This document shows, one piece after another, positions 15,531 to 24,924 of a DNA stretch of 64,000 bases (the first letter of the stretch is position 1; each line of letters opens with the position of its first letter). The stretch comes from Pseudonocardiaceae bacterium. GTDB taxonomy: Bacteria; Actinomycetota; Actinomycetes; Mycobacteriales; Pseudonocardiaceae. Under the pieces are notes generated by a model, which made no database searches, was not told the origin of the DNA, and was given only the letters and a program-made list of their open reading frames with translations. A program made the position numbers and the translations under genes. The stretch covers positions 11,770-75,769 of the forward strand of contig JBOHGE010000020.1 of the NCBI GenBank assembly GCA_050700055.1, read 5' to 3'.

Positions 15531-17018
15531 ATGGAGAGTCGCGTGGCAGGTTCGGTCCGCTCTCGACTGCTCGACCGATCAGCCGACCCTGATCCGGGTG
15601 GCACCGGGGACCGGCCGGCCACGGCAGCCCGTTGGTGGCGCAGGGTGCTTCCGGAGCTCCTCGTTCTCGGGTTCCTCGCCGCGGTCACCCGCCTGACGAC
15701 GATCACCCACCCGCGGGCGATCGTCTTCGACGAGGTGTACTTCCGCGAGTACGCGCTGCGCTACCTGGACGGCTCGTACTACTTCGACCTGCACCCCCCG
15801 CTCGGGAAACTCCTGCTAGGCGGCTGGGCGAAGCTGTGGGCAGTCTCCGCCACGGCGCAGTCCACCGATCCCGCGGTGGCGCTGCGGCTGCTGCCGGCGC
15901 TGGCCGGCACGGTGCTGGTGGCGGTGTTCTACCAGCTGCTGCGCGAGCTGACCGCCAGCCGGAAGGTGGCGACGTTCGGGGCGGCGCTGCTGCTGCTGGA
16001 CAACGCGATCCTCGTCGAGTCCCGGCTCATCCTCATGGACAGCATGCTCCTGCTGTTCGGCATCGGTGCCATCACCTGCTACCTCGCATCGCGGCGCCAC
16101 ACCGGACCGGCGCACTGGATCCTGCTGACGGCCGGCGCTGTCCTGGCCGGCATGGCCGCCAGCACCAAGCTGACCGGCCTGGCGGCACTCGGCCTGATCG
16201 GGCTGGTGTGGCTGGCCCAGACACTGCGGCACCGGGTCAGCTGGCGGCTCGCACTGCCGCAGGCGGCCATCCTCATTCTCGTCCCGGCCTTTCTTTACGT
16301 CACCGTCTTCGCCGTCCATTTCCAGCTGCTGCCCCACAGCGGCCCGGGCGACGCATTCATGTCCCAGCGCTTCCAGTCCACCCTGGTCGGCAACACCAAC
16401 TACGACCCGGCCGCCCGCATGCCGTTCCCGGACCGCTTCATCGAGATCAACAAGGCGATCCCCCGGTATGAGCTCTCACTCAACGACAGCAACCACCCGT
16501 ACAGCTCCAGCTGGCTGAGCTGGCCGGTGCTGAAGCGCCCCATCTATTACTGGACCGACGCCACCAAGACCGGCGGCAAGCAGGAATACATCTACCTGCA
16601 GGGCAACCCGGTGATCTGGTGGGGCCTGCTGGCGGGGGTGGTCGTGATCGCGCTGGGCTGGGCGCGCCGTCCGGAGCGCTTCGATCGACATCGCGGGACA
16701 ATGGCCCTGCTGGGCGTCGCGTGGGCCGGCAACTTCCTGCCGTTCGCCACCATCGAACGGCCGATGTTCCTCTACCACTACTTCTTCTCGTTGCTGTTCT
16801 GCATCGCCGCGGTCAGCATCGGGCTGGGACTGCTGGCCGGGTGGATGACCGACGGCGACAAACCGTGGCGCTTCGGCTCCCGGGGTTCGGCAATCCTGTA
16901 CTGGGGCCTCCTCGGGGTCGTGCTGGTGAGCTTCGTGTACTTCGCTCCGCTGTCCTACGGGCTGCCGCTCAGCGATGGCGGCCTCGACGCCCGCGTCTGG
17001 CTGGATTCATGGCGCTGA
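15531..17018 (+). CDS. PMT-family (GT39) protein O-mannosyltransferase
   Basis: AIVFDEVYFREYALRYL and YFDLHPPLGKLL are PMT loop-1 motifs. The remainder is polytopic membrane. Confidence 0.85.
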   Translation: MESRVAGSVRSRLLDRSADPDPGGTGDRPATAARWWRRVLPELLVLGFLAAVTRLTTITHPRAIVFDEVYFREYALRYLDGSYYFDLHPPLGKLLLGGWAKLWAVSATAQSTDPAVALRLLPALAGTVLVAVFYQLLRELTASRKVATFGAALLLLDNAILVESRLILMDSMLLLFGIGAITCYLASRRHTGPAHWILLTAGAVLAGMAASTKLTGLAALGLIGLVWLAQTLRHRVSWRLALPQAAILILVPAFLYVTVFAVHFQLLPHSGPGDAFMSQRFQSTLVGNTNYDPAARMPFPDRFIEINKAIPRYELSLNDSNHPYSSSWLSWPVLKRPIYYWTDATKTGGKQEYIYLQGNPVIWWGLLAGVVVIALGWARRPERFDRHRGTMALLGVAWAGNFLPFATIERPMFLYHYFFSLLFCIAAVSIGLGLLAGWMTDGDKPWRFGSRGSAILYWGLLGVVLVSFVYFAPLSYGLPLSDGGLDARVWLDSWR

Positions 17019-18931
17019 TCCTGCTCGGCAGCGCTCTGCTGCTGGGTGCAGCCACCGTCTGGTGGCTGCGACTGCCGCTGTACCTCTTCGAGGCCGCGGC
17101 ACTGGCCGTCGTGATCGGCCTGTTCGGCTGGACCTGGCTGGCGTTTCTCGCCGCGCTGGTGGCGCCCTACGCCCTCGCCGTCCCGCTCACCGTCGGCGCC
17201 AGCGTTGTCACCGGTATCGCGTTGTGGTACCCGCACCGGCGCATCCGGCCCGCATGGCGACCGCTGGAGGGTGGGCGATCCGGCTGGATCCTGTGGAGCG
17301 TGGCCACCGTGGCCACCACGGCCCTGCTCGGCCGGCTGTTCTGGACGCACAGCCTGGTACCGGACCCCACCGGGGTGTACTCCGCCGGGTCGACCTGGGC
17401 CGACTTCGGGCTGCACGCGGCCATCATCAGCCACCTCGCGGAGTTCGACCGGATGCCGCTGGACCTGCCGGTCGCCAGCGGGGCGAGCATGACCTACCCG
17501 TTCCTCGTCGACCTGCTGTCGGCCCTGTACCTGCGCGACGGCGCGAGCCTGCACCTCAGTCTCTTCCTACCCGGTGTCCTGCTGGCACTGGCCATCTGCC
17601 AACTGGTGCTGTCGTTGAGCCTGCGGTTGTTCGGCCACATCGGCGCCGCCGTCACCGGCCTCACCTTGGTCCTGCTGACCGGGTCGGCCGCCGGGCTGCG
17701 AGTCGCCTACGCCGACTGGCAGGGCAGCGACCGCAGCCTGCTGGACTTCCTCGCCGACCTCCCGCGGGACTACACCACGCTCAACGCCGGCAACGGCAAC
17801 GTCACCAACCTCGTCGCGCATGCCCTGCTGCCGCAGCGCGCGATCTTGTTCGGTCTCGGCATCGGCCTGGCCGTGCTGATCCTGCTGCACACCGGCCGGC
17901 GACGATACCTGCTCGCCGGCGGCGTGCTGATCGGTCTGTTGCCGATGGCCCACCCGCACTCGTTCATCGCGTGCGGGGTCGTGCTGGCCGCCCTCACCGT
18001 GGCGGCCGCTGCCCGGCTGCGCCGGCCGCCCTGGGCGCACCTCACCGCGGGCGGGCTCGCCCTCGTGCTGGCCGCGCCGCAGCTGGCCTGGCAACAGCTG
18101 GCCAACGGCGGCGGCACCGGAGGGCGATGGCGGCTGGGATGGGAGCTGCGCGCCGGCGAGTCGATCTGGGCCTACTGGTGGGCCAACTTCGGCCTGATGG
18201 GCATCTTCTTCGTCACCTTGCCGGTGCTACTGCTGCGCCGGGACTGGCGCCGGTATCTGGTGTGGTACCTGCCCTTTCTGGTGATCCTCGCCGGCACCCA
18301 GGTGTATGCCTTCCAGCCGTTCGAGTACGACAACCTCAAGCTGATCTACTACGGCTATCTGATGGCCGGCCTGTTCGCCGGCTTCCTCGCTGTGCAGGCG
18401 TACCGGGCGAGCCGCTGGAGCCTCGCACTGCTGCTGCCGGTCGCGCTGATCGTGGCGATCCCCGGCCTGCTGTCGCTGACCCGCGAGTTCCAGCTGCGTG
18501 AACAGTTCGCCAGCAGCTCCGACGTGGCGCTGGCCGGCTGGGTCCGCGCCAACACCGCCCCCGACGACGTGTTCATCAGCACCGACCGGCCCAACCAGCC
18601 GGTCGCGACACTGGGCGGGCGGGCGATCGTGATGGGCTACCGGGGCTGGCTGTACAACTTCAACCTGCCGTACGCGCAGCGGGAGGCCGCGGTCAAGGCA
18701 GCTCTGCAGGGACGTATCGACGATCCGATGGTGCGCCGGTTCGAGCCCGATTATCTCGTCGTCGCCGCGAACGAAGGCAGCTCCTGGGCGGTCGACCGCG
18801 ACTCGCTCGCCAGCCTGCCGATCGCCTACCAGAACGCGGAGTGGATGGTCTACCGGCTGACCGGCGCCGGTGCCTGGTCTCAGCCGGTCGCCATGACCGT
18901 GCCGGCCGGGCAGGACCCGTTGACGTCATAG
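17009..18931 (+). CDS. large polytopic membrane protein, GT-C-like (putative glycosyltransferase), paralog 1
   Basis: The ATG overlaps the PMT gene end. It has about 14 hydrophobic segments. WADFGLHAAIISHLAEFDRMPLDLPVASGASMTYPFLVDLL aligns with the paralog at 18880-21057. Confidence 0.7.
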   Translation: MALILLGSALLLGAATVWWLRLPLYLFEAAALAVVIGLFGWTWLAFLAALVAPYALAVPLTVGASVVTGIALWYPHRRIRPAWRPLEGGRSGWILWSVATVATTALLGRLFWTHSLVPDPTGVYSAGSTWADFGLHAAIISHLAEFDRMPLDLPVASGASMTYPFLVDLLSALYLRDGASLHLSLFLPGVLLALAICQLVLSLSLRLFGHIGAAVTGLTLVLLTGSAAGLRVAYADWQGSDRSLLDFLADLPRDYTTLNAGNGNVTNLVAHALLPQRAILFGLGIGLAVLILLHTGRRRYLLAGGVLIGLLPMAHPHSFIACGVVLAALTVAAAARLRRPPWAHLTAGGLALVLAAPQLAWQQLANGGGTGGRWRLGWELRAGESIWAYWWANFGLMGIFFVTLPVLLLRRDWRRYLVWYLPFLVILAGTQVYAFQPFEYDNLKLIYYGYLMAGLFAGFLAVQAYRASRWSLALLLPVALIVAIPGLLSLTREFQLREQFASSSDVALAGWVRANTAPDDVFISTDRPNQPVATLGGRAIVMGYRGWLYNFNLPYAQREAAVKAALQGRIDDPMVRRFEPDYLVVAANEGSSWAVDRDSLASLPIAYQNAEWMVYRLTGAGAWSQPVAMTVPAGQDPLTS

Positions 18932-21057
18932 TAGGAGACCCGGGAATCTGCGTAGACGCGGACGAAGTCCCCGGGGAACAGGTCCGGGTTGCGCTGCGGA
19001 AAACGCTCGCTCGACGTCTCCGTCGCGCCGACCTGGAGATAGTCGACGCCCATCCCGCGTAGCCGCGCGCAGGCCGTCACCCGGTCCGGTGCGGCATAGA
19101 CGCTCGCGATCTTGCGCTCTCGCGACACGTTGTCGTACCCCATGATCGCGGTCCAGGTCGAGAAGCCGCTGAGGTAGACCGACCGGCCGGCCAGGGTGGG
19201 AACCGGGTAGACCTCCCCGGGCGCGGTGAGGAACACCGAGTCACGGCTGGTGTTGTCCTCGATCCAGCTGATGGCGGGCTGCGCGTCACCGAAGACCGCA
19301 TATCGGGGGTCGTTCTTGAGCGTCATGAAATCGAGCAGCCCGGACAGCACCAGGACGGTGCAGGCCACCGGGACCACCGCGACGGCGATGCCGCGTCCGA
19401 TGCGGGTGCCCAGCCGGCGGTTGCGCAGCGGGAGGCCACGCCAGAGTGCGCGCGCGGTGCAGACCAGGGCGTAGGCGGCGAAGAGATTGACCAGGACCTC
19501 CCACAGGTTGAAGATCTTGTGGTTGTGCCCGCCGAGCTCCAGGCCCAGCGCCACCACATTGCCGAAGGCGAAGATCGCCATGACGGCCACCAGCAGCTTG
19601 CGGTCGGCGCTACGCCCGATGATCGCTGCCAGAATGACGAGCGGGACGACGAGACCGAGGTTGAGCCACCAGTAGCCGGCGAAGTCCAGATAGGACCCGG
19701 GGTCGGCGAAATGGAAGTTCTCGACGAGGTAGCCGTTGTGGAAATGCAGCGAGTTCTGCGTTCCGAGACCGCCGTTGAGCCAGATCATCTGGGGCAGTGC
19801 GACGGCACCCGCGGTGGCGAAGAACGGTAGCGACTCGCGGATCGGCCCCAGCAGCACGAGACCGCCGATCAGCAGCGCCAACGCCACCTTGCGGATCTCG
19901 TCGCTACTCAGGAACGCACCCACGACGAACAGCGTCACCGTGGCGACGACCAGCACGGTACTGGGCACCGCCACCCTGCGCAGGCGCCCGCGGTAAACAA
20001 AGAGCAGCACGCAGAAGAAGATCATGGATATCAGGAACAGGATCCCGTTGAGCCAGAAGGCTGCTCCGGAGAGCAGGCCGAGAGCCACGGCGCGCTGTCT
20101 CGGCAGGGGCCGGCGCCGGTTCTCGTCGGCATACACCTGCGGCGGATCTCCGGGAAGACCACCGGGCCCGCGCAGATGCCGGAGCAGGGCGTAGCCGCCA
20201 AACAGCATGAGGGCCATCGACACGATGAGATGGGTCTGGGTGAGGTAAGGATTCAGCGTCCAGAAAATCGATATCCGCTCGCCGTCCTGGTAGGGGGCGA
20301 TCGCCAGGTACTTGTCGTGATTCCACCAGTTCTGCGGCTGCAGCGCCGCGGTCACCGAGGGGTAACTGTCGAAGTAGCGAAGGAAGGCGAGCGAGCCGTT
20401 GGTGACGAACAGGACCACGGCGATGACACCGATGGAAACCCGCCGCCACAGGTAGTGGGCCAGCTCGAACACCAGCACCATGATCGCGACGAACCCCAGC
20501 GTGCCAGGCAGGTTGAACGCCCACTCGATCGGCAGTCCCATCCGCTCCAGCGCGCCGGCATAGAAGTCGAGCCCGAAGTGGTAGCGGATCGTCTCACCGG
20601 TGAAGATCGGGAGCACCGGCGGGAAATTATCACCTTGGGAGAACGACCGCGCGATGCCGATGTGCAGTGCGGTGTCACCCCAGGTATTGAGCGAGACCAT
20701 GAGCGGATCGCCGGCCAGGCGCATATGCATGACCCAGCTCGACAGCGCCACGGCGGCACCCACGCCGAGAATCGCCGGCGGCCGTACCCGGAATGACTGC
20801 CGCCGTAACTCGCGCCACCCCACCCCGATGATCATCGCGTTGGCTCCCATGGCGACGAAGGCGCCGTAGAAGGTCGCGTCGCTGTGACCGAGGCTGTGCA
20901 GCAACCAACCCGCGGCGAAGTTCATCCAGCCGGTGAGCACGATGCTGACCAGGAACGCCGCGACGAGCCGCACGAGCACGGGAAACTCGCGAAAGACGCG
21001 TTGGACGATGACCAGCGCCGCCAGAAACGACAGCAGAAGATACGGGATCGCCAGCAT
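18880..21057 (-). CDS. large polytopic membrane protein, GT-C-like, paralog 2
   Basis: WGDTALHIGIARSFSQGDNFPPVLPIFTGETIRYHFGLDFY aligns with paralog 1. Start chosen at MLAIPYLLL. Its 3' end overlaps the convergent paralog by 52 nt. Confidence 0.7.
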   Translation of the reverse strand: MLAIPYLLLSFLAALVIVQRVFREFPVLVRLVAAFLVSIVLTGWMNFAAGWLLHSLGHSDATFYGAFVAMGANAMIIGVGWRELRRQSFRVRPPAILGVGAAVALSSWVMHMRLAGDPLMVSLNTWGDTALHIGIARSFSQGDNFPPVLPIFTGETIRYHFGLDFYAGALERMGLPIEWAFNLPGTLGFVAIMVLVFELAHYLWRRVSIGVIAVVLFVTNGSLAFLRYFDSYPSVTAALQPQNWWNHDKYLAIAPYQDGERISIFWTLNPYLTQTHLIVSMALMLFGGYALLRHLRGPGGLPGDPPQVYADENRRRPLPRQRAVALGLLSGAAFWLNGILFLISMIFFCVLLFVYRGRLRRVAVPSTVLVVATVTLFVVGAFLSSDEIRKVALALLIGGLVLLGPIRESLPFFATAGAVALPQMIWLNGGLGTQNSLHFHNGYLVENFHFADPGSYLDFAGYWWLNLGLVVPLVILAAIIGRSADRKLLVAVMAIFAFGNVVALGLELGGHNHKIFNLWEVLVNLFAAYALVCTARALWRGLPLRNRRLGTRIGRGIAVAVVPVACTVLVLSGLLDFMTLKNDPRYAVFGDAQPAISWIEDNTSRDSVFLTAPGEVYPVPTLAGRSVYLSGFSTWTAIMGYDNVSRERKIASVYAAPDRVTACARLRGMGVDYLQVGATETSSERFPQRNPDLFPGDFVRVYADSRVSYYDVNGSCPAGTVMATG

Positions 21058-21252
21058 TGGAGGACCACCGTGCTTTCGAGAACAGCCGGCACTGACGTCG
21101 TGTCTCTCCCCGAACGAGGGTACCTCCACCGGGGATGCGGAAAGCAGAACCACGGATACCGAGCTTTACCGGCGCCGGTCCCCGCACATGAACTGGAGCT
21201 GGGGTGTCTGGTGTGGCGACGGTCTGATCGATCCCAGCTGCCGCCAGCAGTG

Positions 21253-22551
21253 TCAAAGGTCCGTCGCCCGGTCGCGGGACGGCGTGGGCGTGGGCTCCGG
21301 CGGCGACGGCGTGGGCTCCGGTGATGGCGGCGTGGGCTCCGGCGACAACGGCGACGGCGTGGGCGTGGACCCCGATGGCGACGGCGTGGGCTCCGGCGTA
21401 GGCCCCGGCGGCGTGGGCGTGGGTGACAGCGTGGGCGTGGGTGACAGCGTGGGCGTGGGTGACAGCGTGGGCGTGGGTGACAGCGTGGGCGTGGGTGACA
21501 GCGACGGCGTGGGCGTCGGCCCCGGCGGCGACGGCGTGGGCGTGGGCTCAGGCGGCGTTGGGGTGGGCGTGGGCTCCGTCGGCGAAGGCGTTGGCGTGGG
21601 TGATGGAAACGGTGTGGGCGACGGAGACGGTGGTGGTGAAATGAGTGGTTGTGGCGCAGGCGTGACGCCGGATAGATACGCTTGTGCCCAGCTCAAGACG
21701 GTGGTGACGTAGGCGGTCGAGTGGTTGTAGCGAAAGACGGCGGCTTGCAGTTGGCCCAGGTTTGACAAGTCACCGCCGCCGGCGCACAGATAGCCGGCTG
21801 CGGCGGTGGTGGCATCGTAGATGTTGTGTGGATCAGCTACCCGGTCATCGTTGGCGTCGAGGCCGTAGCTTTTCCAGCTGGTCGGGATGAATTGCATGGG
21901 GCCTACCGCGCGATCCCATACCGTGTCGTTGTCGAGTGATCCGCGGTCGGTGTCGGCTATAACGGCCACCCCGGGGGATCCGTTCAATGGGGGACCCAGA
22001 ATAGGTGAAAGGGTGTTACCGATGGTGTCGAGTCGTCCACCGCGGGCGTGGCCGGATTCGATACGACCAATACCGGCCAGCACCGACCAAGACAAGTGAC
22101 AACCCGGTCGAGAAGACCGCAGAGTCTGTTCAGCACGGTAGTAGGCGTTGAGCACGGCGCCTGGAATACCCAGCGGTCCCTGCGGCTGGATCAGCCCGAT
22201 GTCGCCGAGATCCCCTGGTATCCCGCCCTTCGGCCCGATATCGAGCAGCCCGTCAGCCGGCACCCCGATGCTCGGTGCCGGATCGCTGAGCAGTGCTGTG
22301 CCGGGTAGTGCTCCGGTGATGCCAAGGCCGGAAGAGTCCGCGAGGGCGGGACTGGTGGGGCGGTCGTCGCCGGTGAGCCCGGGGCTGCCCCACACCACGA
22401 CCGGTGTTCCGACGCCGAGCAGGGCGCTGATGAGGGCGGCGATGACGCGGGTGCGGCGGGCGTGCACGACCAGCCGCAGTCTATGCCAGTGATCAGCGTG
22501 CGAGGCTCGATGAGCCATGCCGTGGTCCTCCGAAGTACTGCGGGTTGGCAA
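21253..22551 (-). CDS. lytic transglycosylase (SLT/MltB-like) with a long Pro/Thr/Ser-rich C-terminal tail
   Basis: [15 protein letters not shown] and [14 protein letters not shown] are lytic transglycosylase motifs. The last ~130 aa are PT/PS repeats. Start uncertain (22551 or 22518). Confidence 0.8.
   Translation of the reverse strand: MPTRSTSEDHGMAHRASHADHWHRLRLVVHARRTRVIAALISALLGVGTPVVVWGSPGLTGDDRPTSPALADSSGLGITGALPGTALLSDPAPSIGVPADGLLDIGPKGGIPGDLGDIGLIQPQGPLGIPGAVLNAYYRAEQTLRSSRPGCHLSWSVLAGIGRIESGHARGGRLDTIGNTLSPILGPPLNGSPGVAVIADTDRGSLDNDTVWDRAVGPMQFIPTSWKSYGLDANDDRVADPHNIYDATTAAAGYLCAGGGDLSNLGQLQAAVFRYNHSTAYVTTVLSWAQAYLSGVTPAPQPLISPPPSPSPTPFPSPTPTPSPTEPTPTPTPPEPTPTPSPPGPTPTPSLSPTPTLSPTPTLSPTPTLSPTPTLSPTPTPPGPTPEPTPSPSGSTPTPSPLSPEPTPPSPEPTPSPPEPTPTPSRDRATDL
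21413..21502. repeat. five exact tandem 18-nt units (gtgggcgtgggtgacagc) inside the PT-rich coding tail
   Basis: Units at 21413, 21431, 21449, 21467 and 21485 encode the (TLSPTP)n stretch (printed as [12 protein letters not shown]...) on the minus strand. Confidence 0.9.
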
Positions 22552-22553
22552 GG

Positions 22554-23414
22554 TCAGCCGAAGCGGCCGTTGACGTAGTCGGCAGTGCGGGGGTCTTCGG
22601 GAGAACCGAAGACCTTGTCGGTGGGTCCGGCTTCGACGATCACTCCGGGAGTGCCGGCCTCGGCCAGGAAGAACGCGCTGTGCTGAGAGACTCGGGCAGC
22701 TTGTTGCATATTGTGGGTGACGATCACGATGGTCACTTCGTGGGCGAGCTCGGCGATAGTTTGTTCAATGCGCCTCGTGGAAGTGGGGTCCAAGGCTGAG
22801 CAGGGCTCATCCATCAGCAGCACTCGGGGGCGCACTGCCAGGGATCGTGCGATGCACAATCGCTGTTGCTGGCCGCCGGACAGGGCGCCGCCGGGTTGGC
22901 GGAGCCGGTCTTTGACCTCGTTCCACAACCCGGATTTGGTCAGGCATTCCTCGATGAGGTCGTCGCGTTCGTCGGCAGTCACCTTGGTGCCGGTGAGTTT
23001 GAGCCCGGCGGTGACGTTGTCGACGATGGACATCGCGGGGAACGGGTTGGGTTTTTGAAAGACCATCCCGATCGCCCGGCGAGCGTCGGTGAGCTTCCAG
23101 TGAGTGTCATAGATATCCGAGCCCGACAGCAGCACCTCGCCGGCCAGGGTGGCGGTCGGGATCAGCTCGTGCATCCGGTTGAGAATCCGCAGAAATGTCG
23201 ACTTGCCGCAGCCCGAGGGGCCGATCAACGCGGTGACCGATCCGGCTGGCATGAACAACGACACCCGGTCGAGTACTTTACGATCACCGAACCACGCAGA
23301 GATCGACCGCGCCTCTAACGCGGCCAGCTCACCACTGGGCCGCACAGCCGCCAGTGCCGCGGTGGGCATGATCATGGTCATTACCTCAACACTTCCTCGA
23401 ATCTCTCGGGTCAC
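22554..23414 (-). CDS. pstB: phosphate ABC transporter ATP-binding protein
   Basis: [33 protein letters not shown] and [12 protein letters not shown], with full-length PstB-like collinearity. The GTG start overlaps the stop of the sortase-like gene (GTGA). Confidence 0.9.
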   Translation of the reverse strand: MTREIRGSVEVMTMIMPTAALAAVRPSGELAALEARSISAWFGDRKVLDRVSLFMPAGSVTALIGPSGCGKSTFLRILNRMHELIPTATLAGEVLLSGSDIYDTHWKLTDARRAIGMVFQKPNPFPAMSIVDNVTAGLKLTGTKVTADERDDLIEECLTKSGLWNEVKDRLRQPGGALSGGQQQRLCIARSLAVRPRVLLMDEPCSALDPTSTRRIEQTIAELAHEVTIVIVTHNMQQAARVSQHSAFFLAEAGTPGVIVEAGPTDKVFGSPEDPRTADYVNGRFG

Positions 23415-24460
23415 AACAGATTCGGCAACATGGTCGCCATCTCGTCAGCCACGATCAGGCCCAGCGTGATGAGCACCGGCGTCCCCACCACCCATGCCTG
23501 CCCCGGCCCGGTCCGGAAACGAACCCACACCGTCGCGATGGCCGCCGCAACCAGCAGCGCTGACCACCCGACCACGCCGAGCAGTGCGGAACGATCACCA
23601 ACCAGCAGCGCCTCGGCAGGGCGCAGGGCCTGGGCGGGCAGCTGGGCGGGCCGGGGTTGAACCGCGCTGGTCAGCGCCGCGTCCACGCGCAGCACATCGG
23701 TGGGCCGAAACGCCGGCCCATCCGTGGTCACCAACGTCAACCGGCCCTGGCCCGGGGCCAGGGCCGGCGGCAGCGCGTCACCCGCCCGCCGCACCCCGAT
23801 CACCGCAAAGGAGTGCCGGCCCTGCCCGGTGGTCACAGTGATCTCATCATCAGCGCGTAGCTGGTTGATCAAGTGAAACGGTCCGCCATACGTCGCTCGC
23901 CGCCCAGCAATCACACTGGTTCCGGCCTGACCCGGCAGCGGAGTGTCCCGCCGATGACCCGGCCCCGACATCAACGGACCTGACGACGTGCCCTCCACCA
24001 CCACCTCCCGCACACCCAGTCGCGGGATCTCCAGCAGGGCCACCGGCGTTCCCAACGTCAACGCAACGTTCACCTCATCGACCGGACCCACCGGCGCAAG
24101 CTGCTCAGCCAGCTCGATGCGGAGCTGCTCAGCCAGCTGGGCCTGGTCCCGATCATGACGCAGACCGCCTAAAAACGTTAATTCGACCAAAAAAGACAAT
24201 AGTAGCACTGCGACAATTGCCAGCACCTGTCCCACCAGCCGGTATCCGAGTGTGGTGCTCGCATCAACGGCCGGTGACTGGATTTGCTGCCCGCGTTGCA
24301 CCGGCCGCTCGCTCTCCCGGTACGTCGTCGCCGGCGGCAGCGGCGCAGCGTCCCGGCTGCCGGTGCGATCGACCGTCACCCGCTGGTAGGAGCCGTCCGG
24401 CGACTCGGGGCGCAACCCGCCCACCGGAGCCTTTCCTCGGATAGTCACCAGGCGCACCAT
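23411..24460 (-). CDS. class E sortase-like membrane protein lacking catalytic His and Cys (pseudo-sortase)
   Basis: LEIPRLGVREVVVEGTS..GPGH...LPGQAGTSVIAGRRATYGGPF...RLTLVTTDGP. The sortase AGHR reads AGRR, and TLTTC reads TLVTT. The whole protein contains no Cys. TM segments are present at both ends. Confidence 0.75.
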   Translation of the reverse strand: MVRLVTIRGKAPVGGLRPESPDGSYQRVTVDRTGSRDAAPLPPATTYRESERPVQRGQQIQSPAVDASTTLGYRLVGQVLAIVAVLLLSFLVELTFLGGLRHDRDQAQLAEQLRIELAEQLAPVGPVDEVNVALTLGTPVALLEIPRLGVREVVVEGTSSGPLMSGPGHRRDTPLPGQAGTSVIAGRRATYGGPFHLINQLRADDEITVTTGQGRHSFAVIGVRRAGDALPPALAPGQGRLTLVTTDGPAFRPTDVLRVDAALTSAVQPRPAQLPAQALRPAEALLVGDRSALLGVVGWSALLVAAAIATVWVRFRTGPGQAWVVGTPVLITLGLIVADEMATMLPNLL

Positions 24461-24868
24461 TTACGCGCCCTGGTCTGTGCCGTGACGGCGACCAGGGCGA
24501 AAGTCATAACGAACGCGGGGATCACAATGAGGCCATTGCCGAAACCCGGGCGCCACCGACACACCCGTGACTCCGACGGCAACGCGGAATGGTCGGTTCA
24601 TGAAACTCCTTCACCACTCGTAAACGGTTCTCGGATAGTTATCCCGCGGACTTGCCGAATAACTCGAACATGACCGGCCGGACCGGCACACTCAGCTCCC
24701 GAACTCACAACACCAGAGCTGCCCGATCACTCCTAAAAATCCCCAACGTTAAGTTCGGCGCTTAAAGCGCCAACCACACTCGCACCCGCCGGTGCCGCAC
24801 CCCGTGAACTCAACGCCAGCGACGTCTGGCTGAACTGAGATGTCGCTGGCGTCTAGTTCATGGACAGC

Positions 24869-24911
24869 GCCCGGGCAGCCGGGACCGGGAACACGCCCCG
24901 GCTGCCCGGGC
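24869..24911 (-). terminator. 15-bp perfect hairpin 14 nt downstream of the 24925 stop
   Basis: gcccgggcagccggg-13 nt-cccggctgcccgggc. A second 9-bp hairpin (gccagcgac/gtcgctggc) lies at about 24813-24849. Confidence 0.55.
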
Positions 24912-24924
24912 AAAGCCGGGTTGG

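Noticed and set aside
16975-18501. 508-aa plus-strand ORF and minus-strand ORFs across the membrane protein gene
   Set aside because: These are Arg/Pro-rich nonsense frames. The hydrophobic polytopic frame (17009-18931) is the coding one.
21290-21650. CRISPR-like regular short repeats (also 25219-25345 and 29745-29905)
   Set aside because: The units are contiguous with no spacers. They lie inside ORFs and encode Pro/Thr or Gly linkers. No cas genes are present.
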